IMG/VR virus record: IMGVR_UViG_3300049215_000771
Span: 468,730-532,729 of that record
DNA: 64,000 nucleotides
Strand: one strand, 5' to 3'
In this document: in pieces, positions 36,537 to 46,484 of the stretch
Layout of the letters: each line of letters opens with the position of its first letter
Numbering within the stretch: position 1 is the first letter of the stretch
The notes under the pieces: generated by a model
Databases searched by the model: none
Told to the model about the DNA's origin: nothing
The model's input: the letters and a program-made list of their open reading frames with translations, nothing else
Program-made: the position numbers and the translations under genes

Positions 36537-37548
36537 CGACAGGCTCCAGAAAAAGATGAGGAATGGTAATCTTCGTGCCTTCCTCATCCAGAAAACAAAC
36601 CACAGCGGTTGCTGAACTTCGGTTGACTTGCAAAATGGTGCCCGCCTCCAACACCATCTTCGCCTTCTGGCGAGTTTTCTCCCGTAGCTCGGCCCACCGA
36701 ATACCGTGGTAGAAATTAGGCTTGTTCGGTTGCGGCATGACGGCGATAGTGGTGTTCAACCGAAGGCGAGGCTCCAAAGCCTTCTGCTTGGCTTCCGCCA
36801 CTTTCGTCAGATGGGTTTTCTTCCTGCCGTAGCTGGCTTCTTCGGCAATACCGGCCTTGGTCTGCTTGAGAATAGCCGCCAGCTTATTCTTGTGCCCGTT
36901 TTTGCGCTCGTTGTAAACCTTCCGAAGTTCGGCGACTTGCTGGTTTGTGAGAAATGCCTTTCCTTTCAACAAGTTGCATATTTCACAGTAAGTTTGCAGA
37001 TTGTCCATCCGGTCGGGACCGCCGTTGGAACTGGCGAGAATGTGATCTTTCGTGAACAAAACCTGCCTACCGTCCTCGATGGCATAAAGGTTGAAGTGTG
37101 CCCGCCCCTCCTTGGTCGAGCGATCACGCTCCAGGTACATTTCTGTACCGACGAGGCCACAGGCTTGACAGGTGCAGTTGTCCCTGGCGAACAAATGGTA
37201 TCGTTGCGACACCATGCTGACCTTGTAGATCGTGCCGTCCTCAGCCTTCCAGTCCATCAAATCTTCATCGGGACTGGTATGATGTTGGCTTACCTCATTG
37301 CCTTTGCCGGCGTAGCGACTGACACGGCGATGTTTCAGGACTTCTTCGGGATTGAACGGACCACCCACCCGTGCCTTACGAGAAACCCGCTCGGCACAAC
37401 GATTGGCCTTGACTTTGATGGTGAGTTTCTGCCAGACTTCTGGAGGCAGGTGTTCCTCCAGAACCTTGCGAACTTCCAGGTCGAATTGATCTTGGGCGAT
37501 TTTGTGGGATTCGGAGTCGGTTGCTTCGGCTTCAAACTGCCACGTCAT
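36424..37548 (-). CDS. HNH-domain protein
   Basis: CQACG...TKDHILASSNGG...NLQTYCEICN; start uncertain. Confidence 0.8.
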   Translation of the reverse strand: MTWQFEAEATDSESHKIAQDQFDLEVRKVLEEHLPPEVWQKLTIKVKANRCAERVSRKARVGGPFNPEEVLKHRRVSRYAGKGNEVSQHHTSPDEDLMDWKAEDGTIYKVSMVSQRYHLFARDNCTCQACGLVGTEMYLERDRSTKEGRAHFNLYAIEDGRQVLFTKDHILASSNGGPDRMDNLQTYCEICNLLKGKAFLTNQQVAELRKVYNERKNGHKNKLAAILKQTKAGIAEEASYGRKKTHLTKVAEAKQKALEPRLRLNTTIAVMPQPNKPNFYHGIRWAELREKTRQKAKMVLEAGTILQVNRSSATAVVCFLDEEGTKITIPHLFLEPVDEQEKRQAGGAGGEVQGQGLDNRTELGGQPEGVVGGP

Positions 37549-38167
37549 TGTCGCCAGGCCCAGCCACTTGCGGGTCTTGGAAGCCATAAACCACCTTGTT
37601 GAACCAGACTTGTTCGCCGTGACGGAAGTATGAGATACTGGAGTTATCGACGTATTGCCCGGTGTGAACACCAGGAATGCCATCGTAAATCCCCTGAATC
37701 ATCTGTGAAATGACCGTGGCCGGTGTACCGTGGGTTACGACAAGCGCCTTGAAGGGGTTCTCCGTCAAGCACTCGACGTATTTCTTCATCCTACTGTTGA
37801 AAGTTTCAACATCTTCTTGATGGTAAGAACAATCACCCAGGAACCGATCCCATGCGAATTCAGGAAACTCTCGATGACGACAAAGGACATGGGCTTTCTC
37901 ATGGCGAACCATGATCTCCCTGGGACCATCATCGACCCAAAAATCAATCCCGGTTTCCTCTCGGAGAATCCGGGCTGTTTGCAAGCACCGTAGGTACGGC
38001 GAACATCGACCTACAAATTCGTGCAGGTGGCCGAGATGCTGTCTCAGGAACCTACCCGTCAGATGAACCTGGCGGTGTCCTTCTTCAGTCAACTCACTGT
38101 CCAGATGGTCAGTAAGCTGCATGTTATAACGGCTTTGACCATGCCGGACCAGTATCAGTTCTCGCAT
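37532..38167 (-). CDS. Histidine phosphatase family
   Basis: LVRHGQS, SPYLRCLQTA, VVTHG. Confidence 0.92.
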   Translation of the reverse strand: MRELILVRHGQSRYNMQLTDHLDSELTEEGHRQVHLTGRFLRQHLGHLHEFVGRCSPYLRCLQTARILREETGIDFWVDDGPREIMVRHEKAHVLCRHREFPEFAWDRFLGDCSYHQEDVETFNSRMKKYVECLTENPFKALVVTHGTPATVISQMIQGIYDGIPGVHTGQYVDNSSISYFRHGEQVWFNKVVYGFQDPQVAGPGDNDVAV

Positions 38168-38181
38168 ATCTTACCCCGATT

Positions 38182-38742
38182 TCATTTGATTGTAAAGCTG
38201 AAAGTGTACCAAACGTACACGAACAGCAGTCCCAGGGCATAACCAGCGATCACGTCGGTAAGCCAGTGTGCCCCCAGGTACATTTTACCAACCCCAATGA
38301 GAAGCGCTAGTATAAGAGCAGACGAGATGAAAAACGTAGCGCAAACAGGCGCAGCAACGCCGCCCAATATCGCCAGGCTCAGATATAAAAACACCGCCAT
38401 CGCCGTGTGTCCGCTGGGGAAGGCTGGAAAATGATGAACCTTGATGGATTTGGCGAAACCTGTGTGGAATGGGTCGTAGGGAAGCGGCCCGGAGCGAGCA
38501 AACAATTCCTTCAAGCTGCAAGTAATGATGCAACCGAAAGCATATCCGACCATGTTGACCATCGCCTGCCAGGTATCGCCCAGCATAATCAACATGACAC
38601 TGGTGAACAAAATGATGGCAATAACAGTAGCACTGCCTGCCATTCCCGTCAAATCCCTACAAAAATAATCCCAAATGAAATGTTGATGTCGTTGCATCCA
38701 TACCCAAATAGACTCATCTACCTTCTTGAGATATTCCTTCAT
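38182..38742 (-). CDS. PAP2 family phosphatase
   Basis: KELFAR, FPSGH, MYLGAHWLTDV. Confidence 0.9.
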   Translation of the reverse strand: MKEYLKKVDESIWVWMQRHQHFIWDYFCRDLTGMAGSATVIAIILFTSVMLIMLGDTWQAMVNMVGYAFGCIITCSLKELFARSGPLPYDPFHTGFAKSIKVHHFPAFPSGHTAMAVFLYLSLAILGGVAAPVCATFFISSALILALLIGVGKMYLGAHWLTDVIAGYALGLLFVYVWYTFSFTIK

Positions 38743-39032
38743 ATTTCTCCAATCAGCGGCGTACTTGCTATCGCCCTGATGAGATCACCGACCGTGCCAC
38801 TTTGCGGCCCATCAATCATGGCGAAAACTTTTTGTTGAACTTGCATTGGTAATTTCGTAAACTCCCCTAGACCTTGCAGCCGGCGCTTCAGGTTGGGCTT
38901 GTTCATGGTATCCAATGTTTGCGACAGCCCATTCACCGGATCAAGGTTCAAATATCCAAGGAGGATGCCTTTCCATTTGGACATAGCATCTTCTTCCTCA
39001 GTGAGCCAGTGTTTGAAAGTTACTTGTCGCAT
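38739..39032 (-). CDS. Hypothetical protein
   Basis: N-terminal TFKHWLTE. Confidence 0.6.
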   Translation of the reverse strand: MRQVTFKHWLTEEEDAMSKWKGILLGYLNLDPVNGLSQTLDTMNKPNLKRRLQGLGEFTKLPMQVQQKVFAMIDGPQSGTVGDLIRAIASTPLIGEI

Positions 39033-39163
39033 CCCCGTAGCTCGAAACGAATAGTGTTATTTTCCCTGCTGTAATGCTCGGCATATTTGTAACCGGCAAA
39101 GAAACCAATGATCGCCCCCAGCAGAAGGCCAACCAGCAAAGCACCAAGACCGTTGTTATTCAT
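39020..39163 (-). CDS. 47-aa membrane peptide
   Basis: AGGAGG SD; MNNNGLGALLVGLLLGAIIGFFAG. Confidence 0.55.
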   Translation of the reverse strand: MNNNGLGALLVGLLLGAIIGFFAGYKYAEHYSRENNTIRFELRGCDK

Positions 39164-39174
39164 GCTTCCTCCTG

Positions 39175-39210
39175 TGCAGGTATATAGACCGAAATGCTAT
39201 ATACCTGCAT
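39175..39210. promoter_or_regulatory. Divergent pair of CTATATAC putative late promoters
   Basis: CTATATACCTGCA on both strands at a strand switch. Confidence 0.6.
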
Positions 39211-40015
39211 GAAGTCTCTCAAGTTCTCCGACTATGTTGAATGGGCCGATTACGGATTTGACAGAAAATCCGTACTTGGTCCCCAGGGCGGCACCCAGGA
39301 AATCAAAGGGGACAATCCGCTCACACCCGTCAAGTCTGAAGAAATCATCCAAGAACTCGTACATCTCGGCAAGTTGGGAATATACAAACCACGTTCACGG
39401 CCCGACATCGTGGAATGGGGCGAAGAAGTCGGAGCCATGCGTGTCGAATTCAGCCCCATTGGTTCCTCCAAAATCATCGGTCGTCGGAAAATCAAAGACA
39501 TCAAAGGCGAACAAACCTGGGTCTGCAAGTACGTCTGGCCCCTGACCGCCGAGAATAAACTCAACGACAAAGAAACCAGCGTTGCTCACGAAATCCACGA
39601 GGAGTTGGAGAAACTGAGCATGACCATGATCGACTCCCCCAAAATCTTCTACCCCGATTTTGCACGGCTGGTAGACAAACTTACCACCGCCGTCCGACTG
39701 GATTACCCTTCCTACTGCATGTTCCCAGCGGGCTACAAGAAGATCAATGAAGATTACTACAAGATTTACTTCGAGTACAGGGGGCATGGACAAAATCGGA
39801 TGCGCAACCGCAACGCCCGCTCGGAACAATTCGACATCGACATTTTTTGGGACCAGAAGAAGGGATTGATACGCATTTGGGGATACAACATCGACTCCCA
39901 GGCAAAACAACACTCCTGGCAAGTCCAACCATCCGAGTTTGATGAGTGGTTTGCACCAAGTCAGGACGTTGATGAAATAATCGAATGTGTGAAGAAACTG
40001 TTTCTTACCTACTAG
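39209..40015 (+). CDS. Hypothetical phage protein
   Basis: 268 aa, MKSLKFSDYVE start. Confidence 0.75.
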   Translation: MKSLKFSDYVEWADYGFDRKSVLGPQGGTQEIKGDNPLTPVKSEEIIQELVHLGKLGIYKPRSRPDIVEWGEEVGAMRVEFSPIGSSKIIGRRKIKDIKGEQTWVCKYVWPLTAENKLNDKETSVAHEIHEELEKLSMTMIDSPKIFYPDFARLVDKLTTAVRLDYPSYCMFPAGYKKINEDYYKIYFEYRGHGQNRMRNRNARSEQFDIDIFWDQKKGLIRIWGYNIDSQAKQHSWQVQPSEFDEWFAPSQDVDEIIECVKKLFLTY

Positions 40016-40022
40016 GGGAACA

Positions 40023-40439
40023 ATGTTTAGCTTTAGAGAATACGCAGCACTGCAAGAAGGTATCGCCGGTCAACTCTACAACCCGGCAGATATTCAGAAA
40101 GGGCCAGATGGATTGATGACAACCACCTTCCACGGAGCCAAAGGTCCAATGAAACAATACGTCCTACCTGACGAGCAAGTTCAGGCATTCATGCAGGGGA
40201 CCGACGCCAAGGGGTTCGAGCAACGAGTGAAAGATTACTTCCACCAAAAATACGAAGTCCACGTCAAGATCACCTGGGGACCGTTCGGCAGATGGGCCAT
40301 CCTTGCTGCTGATGAAGGAGTAGGCCAAAGCCGCCCCGACCCCGTAAGCGTTCGCCAGGAACCAGGCACATCGCCAGCCAAGGCCATGTTCAATCGGGTT
40401 CATCCGGCCCAAACGTCACCGATGGGCGGCAACAACTAG
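40023..40439 (+). CDS. Putative virion-internal protein
   Basis: MFSFREYAALQE start. Confidence 0.6.
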   Translation: MFSFREYAALQEGIAGQLYNPADIQKGPDGLMTTTFHGAKGPMKQYVLPDEQVQAFMQGTDAKGFEQRVKDYFHQKYEVHVKITWGPFGRWAILAADEGVGQSRPDPVSVRQEPGTSPAKAMFNRVHPAQTSPMGGNN

Positions 40440-40441
40440 CA

Positions 40442-40470
40442 TTGAAAAACCAAAGCAAGTGGGTTATACT
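40442..40470 (+). promoter_or_regulatory. Sigma70-type promoter
   Basis: TTGAAA-N17-TATACT. Confidence 0.7.
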
Positions 40471-40494
40471 ACCTCAGTTTGTACTGGAGGCCAT

Positions 40495-41412
40495 ATGAAA
40501 CACCTGCTGGGTTGTCGCCAGCTTGAAGAAACTGATGTCATCAAGATTTTTGCGTTAGCTGATTACTTTGAACAAAGCCAACACGCTACAAATCTCGTTT
40601 CCATCAACAAAACCTTGATCTCGTTCTTCGGGGAACCTTCCACGAGGACGAGATTTTCTTTTGAAGCTGCTGCCAGCCGCCTGGGGATGAGAACACTGAC
40701 TGCCGCCGATGCCAGCGTTTCTTCATCTTTACGCAAAGGTGAAACCTGGAAAGATACCTTCCGCACCCTTTCCCAATATGGCGACATCATCGTGTGTCGC
40801 CACGGAGATGTCGATTGGGTCGGAGCCGCCGATCTATACTCAAGGATTCCAGTCATCAACGCCGGCAACGGTCATGTGGAACATCCAACCCAAGCACTCC
40901 TGGATGTCTACACGATTCAGAAAGAACTCGGCAACCTTCGAGGGCTGAAGATTCTCGTTTGCGGCGATCTCGCCTTCGGCAGAACCGTCAACTCGCTTCT
41001 GTATCTGATGAAACGGTACAATCCTGAAGTGTACGCCTACCCCGCAAGTGGTACATTCACCTGGGGCGGGCGGGAAACCAGGGTCAAATTCGACCTGCAA
41101 CCGAATCCAGAACATCCCAAAGTCAAAGAAGTCAAACTAAGCGAAACTTTGGATTTGCTGCCGAAGATTGATGTTCTGTACATGACTCGCATCCAGACAG
41201 AACGCCAGGACAAGGTTCACGTCGATGACTACTTCCGGCTCCAGGGATGGACCGAAACACTAAACAAGAAAGCCATCGTGTTGCATCCACTGCCTCGTGG
41301 TGATGAAATTCCACAACACTTTGACGACGATCCCAGGGCAGTGTATCATGAGAGGCAGGTGAAGAATGGACTGTTCGTCAGGATGGCCCTATTGAAGCTA
41401 CTTACTGAGTGA
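40495..41412 (+). CDS. pyrB: Aspartate carbamoyltransferase catalytic subunit
   Basis: EPSTRTR, KGE, INAGNG, HPTQALLD, YMTRIQ.ER, HPLPR. Confidence 0.95.
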   Translation: MKHLLGCRQLEETDVIKIFALADYFEQSQHATNLVSINKTLISFFGEPSTRTRFSFEAAASRLGMRTLTAADASVSSSLRKGETWKDTFRTLSQYGDIIVCRHGDVDWVGAADLYSRIPVINAGNGHVEHPTQALLDVYTIQKELGNLRGLKILVCGDLAFGRTVNSLLYLMKRYNPEVYAYPASGTFTWGGRETRVKFDLQPNPEHPKVKEVKLSETLDLLPKIDVLYMTRIQTERQDKVHVDDYFRLQGWTETLNKKAIVLHPLPRGDEIPQHFDDDPRAVYHERQVKNGLFVRMALLKLLTE

Positions 41413-41425
41413 AATACAATACATC

Positions 41426-41974
41426 ATGAACAATCCTCGTATTGGACTCATTGTCATTGTCCTCGCCCTTGTCGGCATCATCGGCTTCACTGTATATCAG
41501 AAGAAGTTCGCTGGATGCAATGACCCCAATTGTAAAGATCACGGGCCTCAATTCCCAGGCGAATCGAAAAATCCCAACACCCCGCCAGAATTGAACCCTC
41601 CTGTTGCGCCGCCTGACTTCAAAGGCAAAATCTTCAAATATACAGAAGCCCTGCCCGTCAGCAAGCAAACCCATGTCCCCATGCTAGTAGTTTTCAGCGC
41701 CGAGAAACGATGTATTTGGTGCAAGAAACTGGAACAAACCCTCAAATCACCAGAACTTCAGAACGATCTGGCTCACTACATCAATGTCCGAGTCGATGTG
41801 GATCAGGAGAAAGATGTAGCTTCCAAACTAGGAGCAGCGGGTAAAGGTGTTCCTTGCTACGCCATTGTTGATGAGAATGAGAGGGTGGTGAAAACCGGGA
41901 GTGGCTATAAAAACGCCAGTAACTTCCAGAAGTGGCTTGCCGGCTCGCAAAGCGAAGCGTGGGAAACACCTTAA
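41426..41974 (+). CDS. Membrane-anchored thioredoxin-like protein
   Basis: CIWC motif, GVP, N-terminal TM. Confidence 0.85.
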   Translation: MNNPRIGLIVIVLALVGIIGFTVYQKKFAGCNDPNCKDHGPQFPGESKNPNTPPELNPPVAPPDFKGKIFKYTEALPVSKQTHVPMLVVFSAEKRCIWCKKLEQTLKSPELQNDLAHYINVRVDVDQEKDVASKLGAAGKGVPCYAIVDENERVVKTGSGYKNASNFQKWLAGSQSEAWETP

Positions 41975-42576
41975 TTCCAGACATCTCGGATATTTTTGGC
42001 GACTCGCTTCCAATCTTCATCCAGATTGGGACAATTCCAGAAGAAAAATGCCCCAATCCCTAATGTGGGATGATATTCCGGCACGGATATATGCGCCCAA
42101 TCCGGCAAATCTTCGGGCGTCCACAAACTTTTGTGCGATTCCGGGGCCGGATTGGTCGGGTCCATCATCCAGGCGTGCAGTGGAGTAAACAACACCTGCC
42201 GGTCAGCAAGCTGCTTCATCCTTTCCAACAACTTCCAGCCTTGTTCCTTGGTCAAATGTTCAATACCATCTGAACAAATTGCTACATCGTAACGTCTGTT
42301 GAAAACAGGGTGATCGCCAAGCACATCAGCTTGTACGAACTTATCTTGCTCGCCTGGCCCTACGTTGTCGAGATTCCTGAAGGAAATATCGACATAGGTT
42401 CGGTCGGCAAATGGCAATCGCCGTGTCAGGCGAGCCTCGTAGGAACAAAGGTCGATGAAACTGGTTCCTGTGCCGCAAATCAGCTTCATAGTGCCAAGGA
42501 AACGGTCATCGTCTCCGTGTTTGGCGTCGAGAGTGATAATTCGTCCGGGTTGCATATCGTTATTTAGCCACTCCAT
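41971..42576 (-). CDS. SAM-dependent methyltransferase-like
   Basis: IDLCS, YVDI, DVAICSDGIEHL. Confidence 0.7.
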   Translation of the reverse strand: MEWLNNDMQPGRIITLDAKHGDDDRFLGTMKLICGTGTSFIDLCSYEARLTRRLPFADRTYVDISFRNLDNVGPGEQDKFVQADVLGDHPVFNRRYDVAICSDGIEHLTKEQGWKLLERMKQLADRQVLFTPLHAWMMDPTNPAPESHKSLWTPEDLPDWAHISVPEYHPTLGIGAFFFWNCPNLDEDWKRVAKNIRDVWN

Positions 42577-43169
42577 CACAATATCGGCGCACGCAAAGCA
42601 AAGAATACGATCAACAACGGAACCAATATAGGGGCAAACAAGAAGGAGAAAATATATGCCGGCCACCCGCCAGTCGGTATCAACTCACCACTGACAAGCA
42701 TATATCCCATCAGGCCATAAGTGCCTACCAGGAACAAAGTAAGCATCACCCACGGGAACATATACGACAACACAATGATGGTCAGAAGGACCAGAAATTG
42801 TGTTGGGCGGAACCACCAGGGCGGCGGACAGCCCTTCTTCTGCCATTCTCGATATTTTTTACGGGCTTTCTCATCGACCGGCAGTGACATATTCACTTTG
42901 CACTTCGAGCATTCGTAGCGATCCCAGCCTTTGCTATCTTCAAATCCCCAATCTTTACACCAGTTGAAGGTTTGCACGCCGCAATTGTAACATTCATACT
43001 CGAAAGTTCGTACAATGGGCGGGTTTTTGGCTTTGTAGTTTCTGGAACTGCCACATTTCGTACATTTCCACCAGGTTTCGTTCTCCTTGCGGATCATGCT
43101 TTCTTTGGTGTGGACATCATGCTCACACATCAGGTCGCAGTGTGGACAGTAGGCATTCATTATCGGCAT
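42576..43169 (-). CDS. Double Zn-ribbon membrane protein
   Basis: Four CxxC plus C-terminal TMs. Confidence 0.65.
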   Translation of the reverse strand: MPIMNAYCPHCDLMCEHDVHTKESMIRKENETWWKCTKCGSSRNYKAKNPPIVRTFEYECYNCGVQTFNWCKDWGFEDSKGWDRYECSKCKVNMSLPVDEKARKKYREWQKKGCPPPWWFRPTQFLVLLTIIVLSYMFPWVMLTLFLVGTYGLMGYMLVSGELIPTGGWPAYIFSFLFAPILVPLLIVFFALRAPIL

Positions 43170-43863
43170 TTTCGTACTCCTTGCTGAAGGTCTTGGCAAA
43201 ATATGCCCGGATTTCGGGCGTGATGGCCTGGCGATACACATCCAGGTTTTTCACGGCCTTGTCCACATCCAGCACTTTCGCCACGAAGGGTGACAGCGCC
43301 AGGTAGTACGGGCTTATTTTCCCCAAAGTAACCCACCGCAAGAAATTCTTATTCACAACCGCTTCTTGCAATTTTTCGAGAGAAACTTCGCCGCTGAAGG
43401 TTTGTACAAGAAACTCCCGTGTCCGGTCGAGGGCTTCAGCAACTTTGATTTGGTTCGCAGGGAGCGGAACTTTATCTTCGATGACTTTGGTGCGCTCATC
43501 GTATTTCTTCTTCCAAAATTTCCAGCGGACCCATGCCTTCTCTCCCACCAAACAGTTGGGGTCGATCATGGCATGTTCATTTCCCCTGGTGATGTGTTTG
43601 AGGATTTCCAACTGCGCCCGCACATAGAGCGGGTATTCCGACTCCTCCAATATACCCTGGGTCTTGCGGACGAGGGTATAGCAATATCTGAATATCAGCG
43701 ACTTCCGGGGATCACCGCCCTTCATCTTGGCATGGGCGTAGTTGGGAAACATCTTCCGGCTTTTGTCCAGCCAGATCAGCAGCAGCTTGTAGGCTTTTGC
43801 TTCGAGGTTGTCCATCTCATAATCAATGATGGCATCAAGTCGCATGTCTTTGTCCTCCGACAT
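43123..43863 (-). CDS. Hypothetical phage protein
   Basis: 246 aa, AAGGAGG SD. Confidence 0.75.
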   Translation of the reverse strand: MSEDKDMRLDAIIDYEMDNLEAKAYKLLLIWLDKSRKMFPNYAHAKMKGGDPRKSLIFRYCYTLVRKTQGILEESEYPLYVRAQLEILKHITRGNEHAMIDPNCLVGEKAWVRWKFWKKKYDERTKVIEDKVPLPANQIKVAEALDRTREFLVQTFSGEVSLEKLQEAVVNKNFLRWVTLGKISPYYLALSPFVAKVLDVDKAVKNLDVYRQAITPEIRAYFAKTFSKEYENADNECLLSTLRPDV

Positions 43864-43908
43864 CAGCTTACCTCCTTTTTACTCCGACGTATATATCGAA
43901 ATCTGGAC

Positions 43909-43937
43909 TTGCTCCAGCAGCCTTCTTGGGATATAGT
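43909..43937 (+). promoter_or_regulatory. Sigma70-type promoter
   Basis: TTGCTC-N17-TATAGT. Confidence 0.5.
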
Positions 43938-43989
43938 AGCGATATTGACCGGCACTATACACTGACCACTAACCTACAAAGTGGAGGCA

Positions 43990-44240
43990 TCCCTCCTGCG
44001 CTCTGATCCATAAGGTAGCGTCTCCAAAAAGATCAGGGTGTACAATCCAGAACTTGTCTGAGCGCAAGAATCCGTCCTTGAGGCATCAGGTGACGGTATT
44101 TCGGCCATACTTTAGCGCCGTCGGGACCACGAGGCCCGCAGAAAAGACAAGAGTGTGAGTAAGTTCTGACCCGGTAGCAATACGCATTCTCCACTAGACG
44201 GTCCTGGTGAGAGACTACCGAAAGGTTACTTAGGACTCAC
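43990..44240 (+). ncRNA. Structured leader/ncRNA candidate
   Basis: Multiple stems, several with G-U pairs favouring the + strand. Confidence 0.45.
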
Positions 44241-44517
44241 CTAATTTACTCCAACCTGTTTTTACCAACAGTGAAGGGTAAACTGACGCACTGAGTTTTT
44301 GTTCAAGTAAAGTAAGCTGCTTCTCGATCTAAGTGCAACTAGAACAGGGGGTTATCTACTCTCTGTTCTTTTTTGCAAAACAATGGCAGCCTCCTTTATT
44401 GCGGACTCGGTGTGCGCATATTAGACAAATACTACAACGTCTTGTAAACATGGACGTTGCGTGGTATCATTTCTACACAGTGTTCTTTCATCACCATGAC
44501 AAAGTTGGCGGCTGTAC

Positions 44518-45843
44518 ATGCTGGGAAGATTGGTTCAAACACTTGCCGAAGCTGTACAGTCAGGACCGAACATCTTCGTGTGTTTGGAGCCGGAAGTTTT
44601 TGACTTCACCGATCCAGAAGCGAAAACCAAGTTGTTGTTGATGGGGCAAGGAGGCAACGTAGCCGAAGTGGAGATTACCAAGGAGAACATCTTCGATCTG
44701 TTCGGCGTGTTAAAGGTGGCGCTGAAGGGCATGAAGGTGATCGCCTGGAACTGGAAGAACCTGGTGAGCTACTTCCTGGGCAAAACGGGTCACGCCCTGC
44801 GGCTGGAAGAAGGCACTGTGCTGATCGACCTGAAAGTGGTCGAGCTATATTTGGGCATCAAGGAGAAGGCTCCAGGATCGCTTGCAGCGGCCCTGGGACG
44901 TGTAAAGGCTGTTGTACAGGGCGGCGGCTGGAAAGAAGCTCAGAAGGTCTACCAGGGCGTCCTGATGCCCTTGGTGACGACTGTGGTGCCGGCGTTGGAG
45001 ACAGTGGGGATATTGGACCCGGAGAAGGGGAAGCGGTTATATGCCCACTATGAGATATGCGATCAGGCGAACGGGCGGCTGAACTGCGACGGCTCGTTTC
45101 GGGACAATTACGTTCCGCACACGCTGAGTGAGTCGGAGAGGAAGCGGCTGAAGCCTCGATTTCAGGACGAGATGTTCATGTACTTCGATTACAGGCATTA
45201 CGAGGTTTCGGTGTTGGCGGCGCTGACGAAGGACGAGAAATTGAATGAGTTGGTTGGCAGGGAAGATGCGTACACGGCGATCTATGAGACAGTAACGAGC
45301 ATCGAGGGCGACAGCGAAGCCAGAAATAAGGCGAAAAAAATGTTCCTGCCGGTTATATACGGGGCCGGTGCTACTACATTAGCACGGCGAATGAGCATCG
45401 CTATTCCAGTAGCCGAGCAGATCATTACCCGTATACACGCCCTGTTTCCCACTGCCCTCAAGTGGGTCGAAACATATCAAGAACAGGCCAAGGCGACGGG
45501 ATCGGCGAAGGATGTATTCGGCAAGCGCCGTTCATTCGACAAGGGGGAGGAATACCTCGCCCGCAATTTCTCAATCCAGGCACCCGCCTCGACAATTAGT
45601 TTGGACAAACTGGTACAGCTACATGCTGCGCTCAAGGGCGTTACTGATGTTGCCTACAGCGTTCATGATGGCTATTGCGTGTATGCAAGTAAGAACAACT
45701 GGAAGGAGGTCTTTCAGAAGGGATACAACACGTTGACCAGTGAAAGTGCGATGTGTCCCGGCTTACGGTTCAAAGTGGCTTGCCGTGCCGGGCGTTCTCT
45801 CGATAATCTGAAGCCGCTGGCAAAGGCAAAAGGAGCGCAATGA
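44518..45843 (+). CDS. DNA polymerase family A-like (short)
   Basis: Motif A FDYRHYE, motif B RNKAKKMFLPVIYG, motif C VHDG. Confidence 0.85.
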   Translation: MLGRLVQTLAEAVQSGPNIFVCLEPEVFDFTDPEAKTKLLLMGQGGNVAEVEITKENIFDLFGVLKVALKGMKVIAWNWKNLVSYFLGKTGHALRLEEGTVLIDLKVVELYLGIKEKAPGSLAAALGRVKAVVQGGGWKEAQKVYQGVLMPLVTTVVPALETVGILDPEKGKRLYAHYEICDQANGRLNCDGSFRDNYVPHTLSESERKRLKPRFQDEMFMYFDYRHYEVSVLAALTKDEKLNELVGREDAYTAIYETVTSIEGDSEARNKAKKMFLPVIYGAGATTLARRMSIAIPVAEQIITRIHALFPTALKWVETYQEQAKATGSAKDVFGKRRSFDKGEEYLARNFSIQAPASTISLDKLVQLHAALKGVTDVAYSVHDGYCVYASKNNWKEVFQKGYNTLTSESAMCPGLRFKVACRAGRSLDNLKPLAKAKGAQ

Positions 45844-46406
45844 AAGACATCTGTATCAAGTTTCGCATCAACGATGAGGAGTACGAATCACTACAGAAGC
45901 ACTTCGGAAAACTATGCTGGCACGCTGCTCACGAACTTAAACGAAAAAACTCCAGAAACAACTACACAGACGACGCCGAAGACATCTATCAGGAACTTGT
46001 GTCCGCCATGCTCCGGGCAGGCTCCTACTACAAGCGACAAGTCTACATCGAAAAATGCCTCAGCCTTGCCAAAGAACATGCAGGCGAGGATACCTTCATG
46101 TCACGAATCATACACTCTCTCGAAGAACTGTGGAAAAACCGCACTCGGCATGGCGCAAATCGCCAGAAGTTCGGCCCGTTCCAGGAACGTATTCTCGAAC
46201 GTATTGTGCGCAGGATCGTTCCCAAGGAAGAACGGCCCGACCGTGGCGATGATCTCAGGATCGACTCCAAGTTCGCAACCTACTGCAAGGCTATTGTTTG
46301 GAACGGTCAGAAAAGCATGGGCAAACGCATAACTCGTGAGAAGGTTATACGCTCAGGCCAGGTGTCATTGTCTGAATATGATTATCTGGCTGGCACGGCG
46401 ATCTGA
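45840..46406 (+). CDS. Hypothetical protein, possibly sigma-like
   Basis: AEDIYQE...SKFATY resembles sigma region 2. Confidence 0.55.
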   Translation: MKDICIKFRINDEEYESLQKHFGKLCWHAAHELKRKNSRNNYTDDAEDIYQELVSAMLRAGSYYKRQVYIEKCLSLAKEHAGEDTFMSRIIHSLEELWKNRTRHGANRQKFGPFQERILERIVRRIVPKEERPDRGDDLRIDSKFATYCKAIVWNGQKSMGKRITREKVIRSGQVSLSEYDYLAGTAI

Positions 46407-46436
46407 CATCGACAGCCAATACGCATGACGTTACAA

Positions 46437-46473
46437 TACACCGCAGGCAATATCACCTGCGGTGTACTTTTTT
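46437..46473 (+). terminator. Intrinsic terminator
   Basis: TACACCGCAGG/CCTGCGGTGTA followed by T6. Confidence 0.8.
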
Positions 46474-46484
46474 GTAGGGTTGTA

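Noticed and set aside
44333-44641. 102-aa ORF upstream of the polymerase
   Set aside because: Overlaps the polymerase start out of frame, with no recognisable motif.
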